DNA of 64,000 bases from Rubripirellula sp. GTDB taxonomy: Bacteria > Planctomycetota > Planctomycetia > Pirellulales > Pirellulaceae. Under the pieces are notes generated by a model, which searched no databases, was not told the origin of the DNA, and worked only from the letters and a program-made list of their open reading frames with translations. The translations under genes were made by a program, and so were the position numbers. The stretch lies in NCBI GenBank assembly GCA_965216875.1, contig OZ244207.1:928001-992000 (forward strand), in the 5' to 3' direction. How positions within the stretch are numbered: the stretch's first letter is position 1; every line of letters begins with the position of its first letter. Below are positions 10,221 to 20,050 of the stretch, piece by piece.

Positions 10221-12104
10221 ATGGGTTACACGGGTCATACAAGCACGCCACCTCGATCAATTTTGGTCATTGTCGGGGGAATGTTGGCGTGGGCGGGTCT
10301 AGTGGGGGGCGTTTTGATCGCGTCTCCTCAGTACCACCTCGCCCAGACGGTCAAGGAAGATCCGGTCGAGATGACCTGGGAAGAACTCGTCGAAAACGGG
10401 CTGACCGACAATTCACACGTGCGACTAGTCAACGTGGCGGTCGAACAGGCCGATCCAACCACTTTCCTCGAAGAGATGGTTGAGTTTGATCCTGAGGCGC
10501 CCGTCGAAGAGCAACAAGCCGCGTTTGCGGCGATGGCCGAAAACCTCGACTTCGAACAAGTCGTCGATACGATGTTTCAGCCATTGAAGGTCTATCCGGC
10601 CGGTGGCAATCCGGATGACTACCCTGCCGCGATTGTGATTCCGATTTCGGATTGGGCGACCGAACAAGCACTCAACGAAATCGAAGAATCGGGGACACTG
10701 ACCGGTCGATTCTGTCTCGGGAAGGACGCCGACCTCTACGGTCAAATGGCCAAGCTGATGGTCACCGCTGCAGCGGCAAACGCAGAGGCCGAAATTGCAG
10801 CCGCCAAGCAAGCTGAAGCCGATGCGTTTGGCGATCTCGGAATATCTGGACTCGCTGCACTTCAGGAATCGTCCGAACAAACGCCGAACGCTGCCGACGT
10901 GGCGACGGAGGATTCCGAAGCCAACCAACAAGTCGACGCGGCTGACGCGAACACCAAAGCGACGGACGGCGATGTGACGCTTGCTGAGAATGCCGCAAGC
11001 GATGAGCAAACGGAAGGCGAGCCGGTCGCTGCCGAACCCGATCAACAGTATGTGTTCGAGCCGATCGGGTACATTCCACCGGTCAACGAAGCACAGCAGT
11101 GGTTTTGGCTCTCGGGAATGGCGGTCGCGATCGGACTGGTGATTTGCGGCGCTGGCGGTCCATCCATTCCCTGCTGCATCTTCTTTCAAGTTCCGTCAAT
11201 CTTGAGCCTGTTTGGCTTTCCGCTTCGCTACGGACGCGGCAACAAGGTTAGCCGGCTCGTTTATGGTGTGGCCGGCGTCATGATGATCGGCTACGGCTAC
11301 GATTTGATGGTAACCAAAGGGAGCTTCGGGCAAGTCGACGGCAGTATTGTTTACGCTTCACTCGGTTTCGCGCCTCTTTTCGTCGGCGTCGCTGCGGTGT
11401 TTGGCGCGACGACCAACTTGGTTGCGTCGCGATTGAATATCTGCCTCGATCCATCTGAGAAGAATCCGAAAAAGAACGAGCCGAAGATCTCGATGACTGA
11501 GGCGTGTTCCCTTGAACCATTGGAAGTCGATTTCGCAGAAGAGTTCACGGACCGATACCTGATGGAAGCGACCGAGCCTCTTTCCCAGGAGCTTGAGTCG
11601 GTGGCGTCGGCGCTTTCGTCGGTTGGCTTTGAAGAGCCAGTTGCAATGTCGTGCCAAGATGGCTTTGACAATTTGCCCGTGCTGATTCAGTTGGGATGCC
11701 AGGACATGGTGGTTGCGGATGTTGAATGGATCAACGGTCAACTACAAAGCCGACTGGTCAGTATCCTGCACGACGGACTCGCCATCATCACGCTGTCGTC
11801 CAATATCGATGTCGAGCAAGAATCGAGACTTGGAACCAACGGCCAGTACCTGCGTAGCAATCACGACGATCCCATCGAAATGTTCTCTGCGCACTTGGAA
11901 CAGACGATCGCAATGGCCGAGAAACGAGACACCGCCGTGGTGACGATCGATCCGTCCGAATCGATCGATGCAACGGCCTATGGCCGCCGAGTGCTCGCTG
12001 ACATTCGCAACCAGTACGGCGAAGAACACGCGGAGATCGGGTCCGCACGTTACGGTCGCTTTGCCTACCCACCCAAGCCAGTGCCCAACTACGCCGACGC
12101 CTAG
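10221..12104 (+). CDS. Hypothetical multi-pass membrane protein with long acidic low-complexity region (627 aa)
   Basis: Long ORF: N-terminal hydrophobic helix, E/D/A-rich segment, cluster of ~4 hydrophobic helices, soluble C-terminal domain. No family recognised. Confidence 0.8.
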   Translation: MGYTGHTSTPPRSILVIVGGMLAWAGLVGGVLIASPQYHLAQTVKEDPVEMTWEELVENGLTDNSHVRLVNVAVEQADPTTFLEEMVEFDPEAPVEEQQAAFAAMAENLDFEQVVDTMFQPLKVYPAGGNPDDYPAAIVIPISDWATEQALNEIEESGTLTGRFCLGKDADLYGQMAKLMVTAAAANAEAEIAAAKQAEADAFGDLGISGLAALQESSEQTPNAADVATEDSEANQQVDAADANTKATDGDVTLAENAASDEQTEGEPVAAEPDQQYVFEPIGYIPPVNEAQQWFWLSGMAVAIGLVICGAGGPSIPCCIFFQVPSILSLFGFPLRYGRGNKVSRLVYGVAGVMMIGYGYDLMVTKGSFGQVDGSIVYASLGFAPLFVGVAAVFGATTNLVASRLNICLDPSEKNPKKNEPKISMTEACSLEPLEVDFAEEFTDRYLMEATEPLSQELESVASALSSVGFEEPVAMSCQDGFDNLPVLIQLGCQDMVVADVEWINGQLQSRLVSILHDGLAIITLSSNIDVEQESRLGTNGQYLRSNHDDPIEMFSAHLEQTIAMAEKRDTAVVTIDPSESIDATAYGRRVLADIRNQYGEEHAEIGSARYGRFAYPPKPVPNYADA

Positions 12105-12117
12105 CCGGCACCTAACC

Positions 12118-12248
12118 GTAGTGGACGAGGCAACGAGTCCCTCCTGAAGGGAGCCTTTCGATTCACTATCGACGCTACATTCGCCAGAAGGTGGTCCTCG
12201 CTGGTCGTCTGTTCTCCGCTAGCTCCACGCTCTGGCGAGCGTAGCCAC
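12118..12248. repeat. Cluster of GTAG-type REP-like palindromes between convergent genes
   Basis: GTAGTGGACGAGGCAACGAGTCCC (12118-12141; related copy at 34289 and inverted copies in the 34.3-35.4 kb array). Inverted pair GCTACATTCGCCAGAAGGTGG / CCACGCTCTGGCGAGCGTAGCCAC (same family at 24085, 41353, 63931). Confidence 0.85.
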
Positions 12249-12277
12249 GGCGAATAAAGCGTCTCGGCTCACCAACT

Positions 12278-14308
12278 CTAACTTCGCGCGGGCCGCTTAG
12301 AGCCCGAATGACGCGTGCCGCGTTGGCGGTATTGATTTGGATTGTCTGCTTTGCCGGTGATCTCATACAAGAATCGGCTTGGTGTTGTCGGAACCGCTTT
12401 GCCCCATTTGCGGCGCGTCAGCGCCATCGACATGGTGAGATTCTCTTGCGCACGCGTGATACCGACATAGCAGAGCCGACGTTCTTCGGCGATGTCTTCC
12501 TCGGCGCCACTCTTCACGCTGCGGCTATGCGGCAGGATGCCATCCTCCATTCCGACCATGAAGACGACCGGAAATTCGAGCCCCTTGGCGGCGTGAAGGG
12601 TCAACAACCAAACGGCGTTTTGCTGAGCGAGCTTGTCTTTCTCGTTACCCATCTCCTTGCCACTCAGGGCGATGTCCGCGAGGAAACCGGTCAGGTCGGG
12701 CTCTCCCTTGGCATTCTCTTCGTAGGCGTTGACCGCATTGGTCAATTCGTTGACCGATGCCGTTCGGGCGTCACGCTCGAGCGGTTCTTCGTACAGTCGG
12801 TTGATCTCGTCGAGGTACGCTGAACGTTCCAGCAGCGTTCGCATTGCATCGGTAAGTGTTTCGTTTTCGGCACGTTTGCGAACATCGTTGGCAAGCATCG
12901 TTAGCTGGGCGATGCCCCGCTGCGCCGCCGGGGTCATGTCTTGCGTTAGGGACGGATCTTGCATCACCTTCCAAACCGACACCCCTTTTTCGACCGCGCG
13001 CTGCACAAGGGTTTTCACACTCTTGTCGCTCAATCCACGAGCGGGTGTGTTGATGATGCGTAGCAGCGAGACTTCGTCATCGGGCTGGTCGATCCATTTC
13101 AGGTAGGCGACCAAGTCACGCACTTCACGACGATCAAAGAAGGACTGCGTCCCCAGCATGACGTAGGGAACGTTTGCTTTGCGCAATTCGGTTTCAAACA
13201 ATCGCGGCTGTTCGTTGGTGCGAAAGAGAATCGCAATGTTGCGAGGTTGGACATGTTCGTTTTCAATCAGTTGATTGATTTCGCGGACCACCGTTTTCGC
13301 TTCGGTGATTTCGTCCTTGTACTGTTCAATGCGCGGCCGTGGGCCGTTGGGACGACTCGCGATCAGCGTCTTGTCGTGGCGTTGTGAGTTAAACTCGATC
13401 AACCGGTTGGCCATCGCAAGGATCTCGGCCGTGCTGCGATAGTTGTTTTCGAGACACACGACTTTCGCATCGGGCCAGTCATTCTTGAAGTTCAAGATGT
13501 GCGTGACGTCGGCGCCGCGCCATGCATAAATCGACTGGTCATCGTCGCCAACGACGCAAAGATTTCGGTGACGCATCGTCAGGTGTTTGGTGATGCGATA
13601 CTGGCTGCCGTTGGTGTCTTGGTATTCGTCAACAAGGACGTGGTCGTACTTTGACGCTTCTTCGTCTCGAATGGCTGGGTGTTCGTTGAACAGCGTTTCG
13701 GTGTGCAGAAGAAGGTCGTCAAAGTCCATTGCACCGCGCGCTCGCAATCCCGCTTGGTACCGACGGTAACCGGCGGCGGCGAAATGTTCTTTGTCGGTTC
13801 CCGCGACCATGACCGCTTCATCAGGGTGGACCGAGGCGTTTTTCCAACCACCGATGATCGCCAACATGTCCGAGGGGCGCAGCGCGGTACCGGGCAAACG
13901 CAATTCACGTAGGATGCCGCGCGCAAGTGATTCCTGGTCGCCGCGATCATAGATCGAGAATTTCTTGGGGAAACCCAATGCCGTCGCGTGGCGTCGCAAG
14001 ATCTGCACACACTGGGCATGAAAGGTGCTGATCATCGGTTTGGGCGGGCCTTTTTTCCCACGGCCGCGGCCCTTCGATTTTCCTTTGTTGATCAGCTCAC
14101 CAACACGTTCCTGCATTTCTCCTGCAGCTTTGTTGGTGAAGGTGACGGCAAGGATTCGGTCGGGCGCTGTGCCGTGTCGAATCAGGTTGGCGATACGAAA
14201 CGTCACCACACGCGTCTTGCCCGTTCCTGCACCGGCAAGCACCAGCATGGGGCCCGAAAGAGTTTCGACCGCAGCCGCCTGGGCTGGGTTCAATCCGTGA
14301 ACGTTCAA
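12278..14308 (-). CDS. UvrD/Rep/PcrA-family SF1 ATP-dependent DNA helicase (676 aa)
   Basis: Motifs LAGAGTGKT, AVTFTNKAA, VLVDEYQDTN, VGDDDQSIYAWRGA, NYRST, TLHAAKGLEFP, EERRLCYVGITRA. TTG start. Confidence 0.95.
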   Translation of the reverse strand: MNVHGLNPAQAAAVETLSGPMLVLAGAGTGKTRVVTFRIANLIRHGTAPDRILAVTFTNKAAGEMQERVGELINKGKSKGRGRGKKGPPKPMISTFHAQCVQILRRHATALGFPKKFSIYDRGDQESLARGILRELRLPGTALRPSDMLAIIGGWKNASVHPDEAVMVAGTDKEHFAAAGYRRYQAGLRARGAMDFDDLLLHTETLFNEHPAIRDEEASKYDHVLVDEYQDTNGSQYRITKHLTMRHRNLCVVGDDDQSIYAWRGADVTHILNFKNDWPDAKVVCLENNYRSTAEILAMANRLIEFNSQRHDKTLIASRPNGPRPRIEQYKDEITEAKTVVREINQLIENEHVQPRNIAILFRTNEQPRLFETELRKANVPYVMLGTQSFFDRREVRDLVAYLKWIDQPDDEVSLLRIINTPARGLSDKSVKTLVQRAVEKGVSVWKVMQDPSLTQDMTPAAQRGIAQLTMLANDVRKRAENETLTDAMRTLLERSAYLDEINRLYEEPLERDARTASVNELTNAVNAYEENAKGEPDLTGFLADIALSGKEMGNEKDKLAQQNAVWLLTLHAAKGLEFPVVFMVGMEDGILPHSRSVKSGAEEDIAEERRLCYVGITRAQENLTMSMALTRRKWGKAVPTTPSRFLYEITGKADNPNQYRQRGTRHSGSKRPARS

Positions 14309-14398
14309 AGAAGCACTTCGTGAGTTTCAACAAACTTGCATGTCAGTTTGCTCAGTCCATCGATGACGACAGAAAAACGATTCGCCCAAACAAGCCAA

Positions 14399-14428
14399 TC
14401 GCCTCGTCAATGCAAAATGACGAGGCGA
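14399..14428 (-). terminator. Stem-loop, probable terminator of the 14526-15158 gene
   Basis: Perfect 11-bp inverted repeat TCGCCTCGTCA-N8-TGACGAGGCGA, followed on the minus strand by TTGGCTTGTTTG. A second imperfect hairpin lies at ~14465-14511. Confidence 0.5.
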
Positions 14429-14525
14429 CGTGAAAGCGTTTGTCTATGGATCGAGCTGAGCACGAAAAGTGGTTTGCTTCTGGCGTGATTGCTCAACAAC
14501 AAAACCACTTTTCTGGGGCAGCACC

Positions 14526-15158
14526 TTATCGCAAATTATCGCGATCGATAAGCGGGTTAGCCGTTCCTTGGTGCAACAACACCATTGCGCCACTTTGAGG
14601 ACGATTTGAATTCAGGAGTTGGCGGTTGAAGGGAATCCCGTAGGCCGCATAGTTGCCAGTGCCGGTGTCCATCACGTAGATAATGCACGATGCGGCTGGG
14701 TTGGCACTCGACGAGGGAAAGTCTGTCTGCCCCGTCACCATGATGTACTCGCCACCCTTGCCGCCGGTCCCCAAGCCTTCGGCAACATTCGTCTTGAATT
14801 CACCCAAAAAACGGGCGACACGTGGGTAGATCACGTTGCATTGAAGCAGTCCCGAGTTGTGGTCCAAAACAAACAGGCCTTCGGCGTCGGGGCTGACCAA
14901 GCCAGTCGCAATCGAGAATTTTTCGCTGCTGGCCGATGCCGTGGCATCAATTTGCGGCAGGTTCCATCGAATCGAGTTCTCAGTCGGTTCTTGGTTGGAT
15001 TGGCCAGCAAAATAGGCGGCCGTCATCATCGAAGCGAGCGCGACGACTGCCAAGAAAGGCGTCAGTAGTTTGGACTTTTGGCAGCAAGCCACCGAGGTTG
15101 GCTCGGATTGCTCGGCGGAAATGGGAAGAGTTGATTCAGACTGGGCGGGACGAGACAT
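14526..15158 (-). CDS. Hypothetical membrane-anchored protein
   Basis: ORF 14526..15245; more plausible start at ATG 15158 (MSRPAQSE). One hydrophobic helix (LLTPFLAVVALASMMTAAYFAG) followed by a beta-rich domain. Confidence 0.7.
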   Translation of the reverse strand: MSRPAQSESTLPISAEQSEPTSVACCQKSKLLTPFLAVVALASMMTAAYFAGQSNQEPTENSIRWNLPQIDATASASSEKFSIATGLVSPDAEGLFVLDHNSGLLQCNVIYPRVARFLGEFKTNVAEGLGTGGKGGEYIMVTGQTDFPSSSANPAASCIIYVMDTGTGNYAAYGIPFNRQLLNSNRPQSGAMVLLHQGTANPLIDRDNLR

Positions 15159-15416
15159 CAATGCGACTCCGTGCGGCGACGAGTTGAGTTTTGGGGAATT
15201 TGCGAAACCAAGCGGGCCAGATTGCCCGTTCGGCTCCATTTTCACATCCGTTGTTGTTTCAAATTCAAAATCTGCCAGCCAGCGTTCGTTTTTTTGCGGC
15301 TGACGGGGGGCAAGCAGGCTCCTACCGCCCTACAGGTAATTGTACGCTTTTGGTTTGAACTTTACGATTGCGATCCACGAAAACTGCACAACGCACGCCA
15401 AGAGGAAGAAATAGAC

Positions 15417-16613
15417 ATGGGCATCAACGCACCGCTGAATCGTAAACTACGCATGGGATTGGTCGGCGGAGGCGCGGGATCCTTTATCGGCCGCGTGCAC
15501 TCGATCGCCGCCTGCCTCGATAATCGTGCGGTCGTCACCGCTGGGGCCCTGTCGAGTAACCCTGAACGCAGTAAGGCTTCGGCCCCCGATTACGACATCT
15601 GTGAATCGCGTGCTTATGGCAGCTACGAAGCGATGATGGATGCCGAATCGAAGCTGCCCGAGGACGAGCGAATCGACTTCGTCAGCGTGACCACGCCAAA
15701 CCACACCCACTACGAAATCGCTCGTGCCGCCGTCGAAGCTGGCTTCAATGTCGTCTGCGACAAACCACTGACGTTTGACTACGACCAGGCCGAACAACTG
15801 CTCGACACCGTCGCCAACTCGGATGTCGTTTTCGCTGTCACGCACAACTACACCGGTTACCCGCTGGTTCGCCAAGCTCGCGAAATGATTCTCAGCGGTG
15901 AACTTGGTGAGATCAATGCGATCCGTTCACAGTACATCCAAGGTTGGTTGCGAACCCCGCTCGAAAACGAAGAGCAAAAACAGGCCGCTTGGCGAACCGA
16001 CCCGTCCAAGAGTGGTGCCGCAGGAGCCTTTGGCGACATTGGGACTCACGCCTACAACCTCGGCCGTTTCATGACCGGCCTGTTGCCAGAATCGGTTTCG
16101 TGCAGTCTGCGCACCTTCGTCGAAGGACGCCGCCTCGACGATTACGGGACGGCATTGATCCGCTACGAAAACGGCGGCCTCGGAACGGTCACCGCATCGC
16201 AAATCAGTCACGGCCGTGAAAACGATCTCGAGATTGAAATCGATGGCACGAAGGGATCGCTTCGCTGGCGACAAGAGAACCCGAACGAATTGATCGTTCG
16301 CCACAACGGCAAAGCTCACCAAATTTACACACGTGACCCGAACGCCCCGTTCATGAACGAGTCGGGCGCGGGTGCCTGCCGCTTGCCATCGGGCCACCCC
16401 GAAGCCTTCTTCGAAGCATTCGGCAACGTCTACGCGTCTGCGTTTGATGCGATGACCAAGCGTGCTTCGGGCGAATCGTTCGAAAAACGTGACACGGTTT
16501 ATCCGAACATTTACGACGGCGTCGAAGGGATGTTCTTCATCCAGCAATGCGTCGCAAGTAGCAGCGAAGGTGGTGCATGGTTGCCGCTGAAGCATGAAAA
16601 AGCACGCCGCTAG
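15417..16613 (+). CDS. Gfo/Idh/MocA-family NAD(P)-dependent oxidoreductase
   Basis: LRMGLVGGGAGSFIG Rossmann motif, TTPNHTH, VVCDKPL, GAFGDIGTHA. ATG 15417 follows purine-rich AGAGGAAGAA. Confidence 0.92.
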   Translation: MGINAPLNRKLRMGLVGGGAGSFIGRVHSIAACLDNRAVVTAGALSSNPERSKASAPDYDICESRAYGSYEAMMDAESKLPEDERIDFVSVTTPNHTHYEIARAAVEAGFNVVCDKPLTFDYDQAEQLLDTVANSDVVFAVTHNYTGYPLVRQAREMILSGELGEINAIRSQYIQGWLRTPLENEEQKQAAWRTDPSKSGAAGAFGDIGTHAYNLGRFMTGLLPESVSCSLRTFVEGRRLDDYGTALIRYENGGLGTVTASQISHGRENDLEIEIDGTKGSLRWRQENPNELIVRHNGKAHQIYTRDPNAPFMNESGAGACRLPSGHPEAFFEAFGNVYASAFDAMTKRASGESFEKRDTVYPNIYDGVEGMFFIQQCVASSSEGGAWLPLKHEKARR

Positions 16614-16638
16614 TAGCACTCGCAACTGAGTGCGTAAG

Positions 16639-16739
16639 CACCTTCCCCCCGGGAGGGTCGCGAGGAACGAGCGGGGAGGATTAGGCAACGAAACCTCCCC
16701 GGGGTTTAGCGCCCGACCCTCCTTGGAAAGGAGGGGGTG
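16639..16739. repeat. ~100-bp composite palindromic element, divergent copy of the family at 38249/44367/49350/53791/58218
   Basis: CACCTTCCCCCCGGGAGGGTCG...GGGGAGG-spacer-CCTCCCCGG..TTTAGCGCCCGACCCTCC...GGAGGGGGTG. Confidence 0.75.
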
Positions 16740-16770
16740 ATCGTCAGTTATAGCGCAGCCACACGGTTAC

Positions 16771-17514
16771 ATGATCCAGCCTGATCGTTCCACATCGCCA
16801 ACTGGCCAAGACTCGCTTGCCGATGGCTGTGTCGCTGCCGTAATCCCGGCGGCGGGCAGTGGAAGACGCTTTGGTGATGAGCGAAACAAGTTGTTCGCCA
16901 CGTTGGGCGGCAAGCCACTTTGGGTTCACGCCGTCTCACGGCTCGCAGCTCGCCCCGAAGTTGGCCGAATCATCATGGCGGTGGCCGATGGCGACCGCGA
17001 CGTGTTCGAAGGCGAACAATCGAACCTTGTGAATCAATATGGCGTCGAATTGGTTGCCGGGGGTGCCGAAAGGACCGACAGCGTCGAAGCGGGCTTGGCT
17101 GCCGTCGGCGATGACCCGGCAATTGCGCTTGTCGCGATTCACGATGCGGCTCGACCCTTGATCGCTGGGGAAGACTTGGCCAGCGTTTTCGTGGCGGCAA
17201 ACCAAACGGGGGCGGCGCTGTTGGCGACGCCCGTCGCGGGCACGGTCAAACGCGACCGAAGCGATGCTGGTTGCGAAACGGTTGACCGTCGCGACCTCTG
17301 GATCGCGTTGACGCCACAAGTCTTTCGCATCGACGTTTTACGGGCCGCCTACGAAAAGCACCGTGGACGTGCGGCCACCGATGACGCTCAACTTGTTGAA
17401 CGCATGGGACATGCCGTGAAATTGGTTCCCGGTTCCGCAGACAATCTGAAAATCACACTTCCCGAAGACCTCGCGATCGCCGAGGCAATGCTCGAGCGAC
17501 AAACGAAATCATGA
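16771..17514 (+). CDS. ispD: 2-C-methyl-D-erythritol 4-phosphate cytidylyltransferase
   Basis: IPAAGSGRRFG..NK, GGAERTDSV, IHDAARP, TPQVF, TDDA, NLKITLPEDL. ATGA overlap with tyrS. Confidence 0.93.
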   Translation: MIQPDRSTSPTGQDSLADGCVAAVIPAAGSGRRFGDERNKLFATLGGKPLWVHAVSRLAARPEVGRIIMAVADGDRDVFEGEQSNLVNQYGVELVAGGAERTDSVEAGLAAVGDDPAIALVAIHDAARPLIAGEDLASVFVAANQTGAALLATPVAGTVKRDRSDAGCETVDRRDLWIALTPQVFRIDVLRAAYEKHRGRAATDDAQLVERMGHAVKLVPGSADNLKITLPEDLAIAEAMLERQTKS

Positions 17515-18794
17515 GTGACAACGCACTGCTAGAAGAACTCTCTTGGCGTGGATTGATCCACCAATGCACCGACCAGGAAGGGCTTGCCAAAGAACTTTCC
17601 AAGCCGCAAACCGTTTACATCGGGTTCGATCCAACCGCCGACAGTCTGCATGTTGGCAGCATGATGCAGTTGATGATGTTGCGACGGTTCCAAAAGGCCG
17701 GCCACCGACCGATCGCCTTGGTTGGCGGCGCGACCGGGATGATCGGTGACCCGAGCGGCAAGAGCGAAGAACGCAATCTGCTTTCACCCGAGCAGCTTCA
17801 AAAGAACGTTGACGGTGTTGCGGCTCAAATGCGTCGCTTCCTCGACTTTGATGGCGACAACGGCGCATTGTTGCTGAACAACTTTGCCTGGATGGAAAAC
17901 TACTCTTACCTCGAATTCTTGCGTGACGTCGGCAAGAGTTTTCCGATCGGCGCGATGCTCGGCAAAGACTCGGTGCGCTCGCGGCTCGATAGTGCCGCCG
18001 GATTGAGCTACACCGAATTCAGCTACATGTTGCTGCAGGCGTACGACTTCGTTCACCTTGCCAAAGAACATGGTTGTGTTGTGCAAGCGGGTGGTAGCGA
18101 CCAATGGGGGAACATCACCGCAGGCATCGAACTCTCGCGACGCATGTTGGGCAAGCAGCTCTACGGCATCACCGCACCGCTGTTGACCACGAGCGACGGC
18201 AAGAAAATGGGCAAAACTGAATCGGGTGCGATTTGGCTGGATGCCGAGCGAACCTCGCCCTTCGATTTTTACCAGTACTGGGTGCGAGTGAAGGACGCCG
18301 ACGTGATGCGCTGCATCGCCTACCTGACCGAAATCGAACGCGACGAGTACAACGACCTGGCCGAACAGACTGAGAAGCAGCCCGAGAAGCTGGCGGCGCA
18401 AAACCGACTTGGCGAGTGGATGACACGGCTTGTTCATGGTGACGAGGCGCTCGAGTCGGCGCTGGCTGCAACAAAAAAGCTTTTTAGCAATAAGGGCCTC
18501 GAAGGTGCGACCGACGAGAGTCTCGGTGAAAGCTTTGCCGATGTGCCTAGCAAAGAGCTTCAGCGCACTGCACTAGATGGCGAGGGTCTTTGGATCGTCG
18601 ATGCGCTTCAGCAGTCGGGCCTTTGTTCCTCCGGTGGCGATGCACGCCGCACGATCAAGGAAGGTGCGTGTTACGTTAGCGATAACCGGATTACTGACCA
18701 GCAGTATCGTTTGACGCCAAGCGATTTGACCAGCGAAACGATCATGGTCGTGCGACGCGGCAAGAAAAAACACGCGTTGCTGCGGTTTGTCTAG
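17511..18794 (+). CDS. tyrS: Tyrosine--tRNA ligase
   Basis: YIGFDPTADSLHVG (HIGH-like), EFSYMLLQAYDF, GGSDQWGNI, KMGKT (KMSKS-like), C-terminal S4-like domain ending RRGKKKH. Confidence 0.97.
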   Translation: MSDNALLEELSWRGLIHQCTDQEGLAKELSKPQTVYIGFDPTADSLHVGSMMQLMMLRRFQKAGHRPIALVGGATGMIGDPSGKSEERNLLSPEQLQKNVDGVAAQMRRFLDFDGDNGALLLNNFAWMENYSYLEFLRDVGKSFPIGAMLGKDSVRSRLDSAAGLSYTEFSYMLLQAYDFVHLAKEHGCVVQAGGSDQWGNITAGIELSRRMLGKQLYGITAPLLTTSDGKKMGKTESGAIWLDAERTSPFDFYQYWVRVKDADVMRCIAYLTEIERDEYNDLAEQTEKQPEKLAAQNRLGEWMTRLVHGDEALESALAATKKLFSNKGLEGATDESLGESFADVPSKELQRTALDGEGLWIVDALQQSGLCSSGGDARRTIKEGACYVSDNRITDQQYRLTPSDLTSETIMVVRRGKKKHALLRFV

Positions 18795-18843
18795 GCTTCG
18801 CGACGGTCGTTCGATTAGGGTCTGACAGCGGAGGAAAAAACCG

Positions 18844-19686
18844 ATGATTCGATTTGCCGGATTCTGTCTGCTCGTTCTATCGCTCGCCGCGTCAACCCAT
18901 GCCAAACCGCCGCGGTTGATTGTTCGTGGCGACGACATGGGGTTCTCGCATTCGGGCAACCAAGCGCTGATCAAGTGTTTTACCGATGGGATCGAAACCT
19001 CGATCGAAGTGATCGTTCCGTCGCCCTGGTTTCCGGAAGCGGTTGAGTTGCTGGCGGAGCATCCAGATGTGGATGTCGGAATTCACCTAGCGCTCACCGC
19101 CGAATGGGATAACGTCAAATGGCGTCCTGTCACGCACGCACCGAGTTTGTGCGACGACGACGGTTACTTCTTTCCCATGATCTATCCGAATCGAAACTAT
19201 CCTGATCGTTCACTCAAGGATCACGATTGGCAGTTGGCGGAGATTGCGAAGGAGGTACGCGCACAGATCGAGCTAGCCAAACGCAAGATTCCTCGCGTCA
19301 GTCACGTGTCGTGTCATATGGGATTCAATTCGATGGACCCACGCGTCGACGCGCTCGTTCGTCAACTTGCCGCGGAATACGGAATCGACGTTGACCTGAA
19401 GGAGCATGATGTTGCCCGCGCCCAGTTGGTCGGTCCGAGGGAAACGGCCGAGCAAAAAGTGGTTGCCTTTATGAAAATGCTTGACCGTCTCGAAGAGGAC
19501 AAGACGTACATGTTTGTCGAACACCCTGGTTTCGACACGCCCGAGCTGCGGGCGATTCATCATGTCGGTTACGAAAACGTTGCCGAAGATCGTCAGGGTG
19601 TGACCACCATGTGGACCGATCCCCGCGTTGTGCGGCACGTCAAAGAGCTCGGGATCGAATTGATCGATTACCGCGACCTCAAGTAG
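18844..19686 (+). CDS. YdjC/ChbG/HpnK-family carbohydrate deacetylase with N-terminal signal peptide
   Basis: LIVRGDDMG, DVGIHLAL, HVSCHMG, EHPG motifs. Sec-like signal MIRFAGFCLLVLSLAASTHA. Confidence 0.85.
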   Translation: MIRFAGFCLLVLSLAASTHAKPPRLIVRGDDMGFSHSGNQALIKCFTDGIETSIEVIVPSPWFPEAVELLAEHPDVDVGIHLALTAEWDNVKWRPVTHAPSLCDDDGYFFPMIYPNRNYPDRSLKDHDWQLAEIAKEVRAQIELAKRKIPRVSHVSCHMGFNSMDPRVDALVRQLAAEYGIDVDLKEHDVARAQLVGPRETAEQKVVAFMKMLDRLEEDKTYMFVEHPGFDTPELRAIHHVGYENVAEDRQGVTTMWTDPRVVRHVKELGIELIDYRDLK

Positions 19687-19705
19687 GCGCGTCGCCTTTC
19701 GGCGG

Positions 19706-20013
19706 AATGCCAACCTCGTTACCCCGCTCCGCGTGGTAACGCACTCTTCGGACGCTCCGCGTCCCCTGCCCGTGAGCCGCACGCGCTAGCGTCGGGCCTC
19801 TTCGAGATGCGCAAGACGAGTGTAAGGCCCGACGCTAGCGCGTTCGGCTCACATGTTTTTTCTGCAAAATGCCAACCTCGTTACCTCGCTCCGCGTGGTA
19901 ACGCACCCTTCGGACGCTCTGCGTCCCCTGCCCGTGAGCCGCACGCGCTAGCGTCGAGCCTCTTCGAGATGTGCAAGGCGAGTGTAGGGCCCGACGCTAG
20001 CGCGTTCGGCTCA
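19706..20013. repeat. Tandem duplication (period 162 bp) of a composite of two palindromic repeat families
   Basis: AATGCCAACCTCGTTACC..GCTCCGCGTGGTAACGCA... starts at 19706 and 19868. Each unit contains the inverted pair GTGAGCCGCACGCGCTAGCGTCG / CGACGCTAGCGCGTTCGGCTCAC. Confidence 0.9.
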
Positions 20014-20050
20014 CAAAAACCACTGCCTCTCGCAGGCCATTACGTCCACG

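Noticed and set aside
12278..14308. Helicase as part of a defence system
   Set aside because: It is an ordinary housekeeping-type UvrD/Rep protein with no adjacent nuclease, ATPase or methylase genes.
15171..15416. N-terminal extensions in the ORF track (also at 28239, 39750, 41637, 50608, 59384)
   Set aside because: Family motifs, signal peptides or RBS begin at downstream starts; the extensions look like open non-coding sequence.
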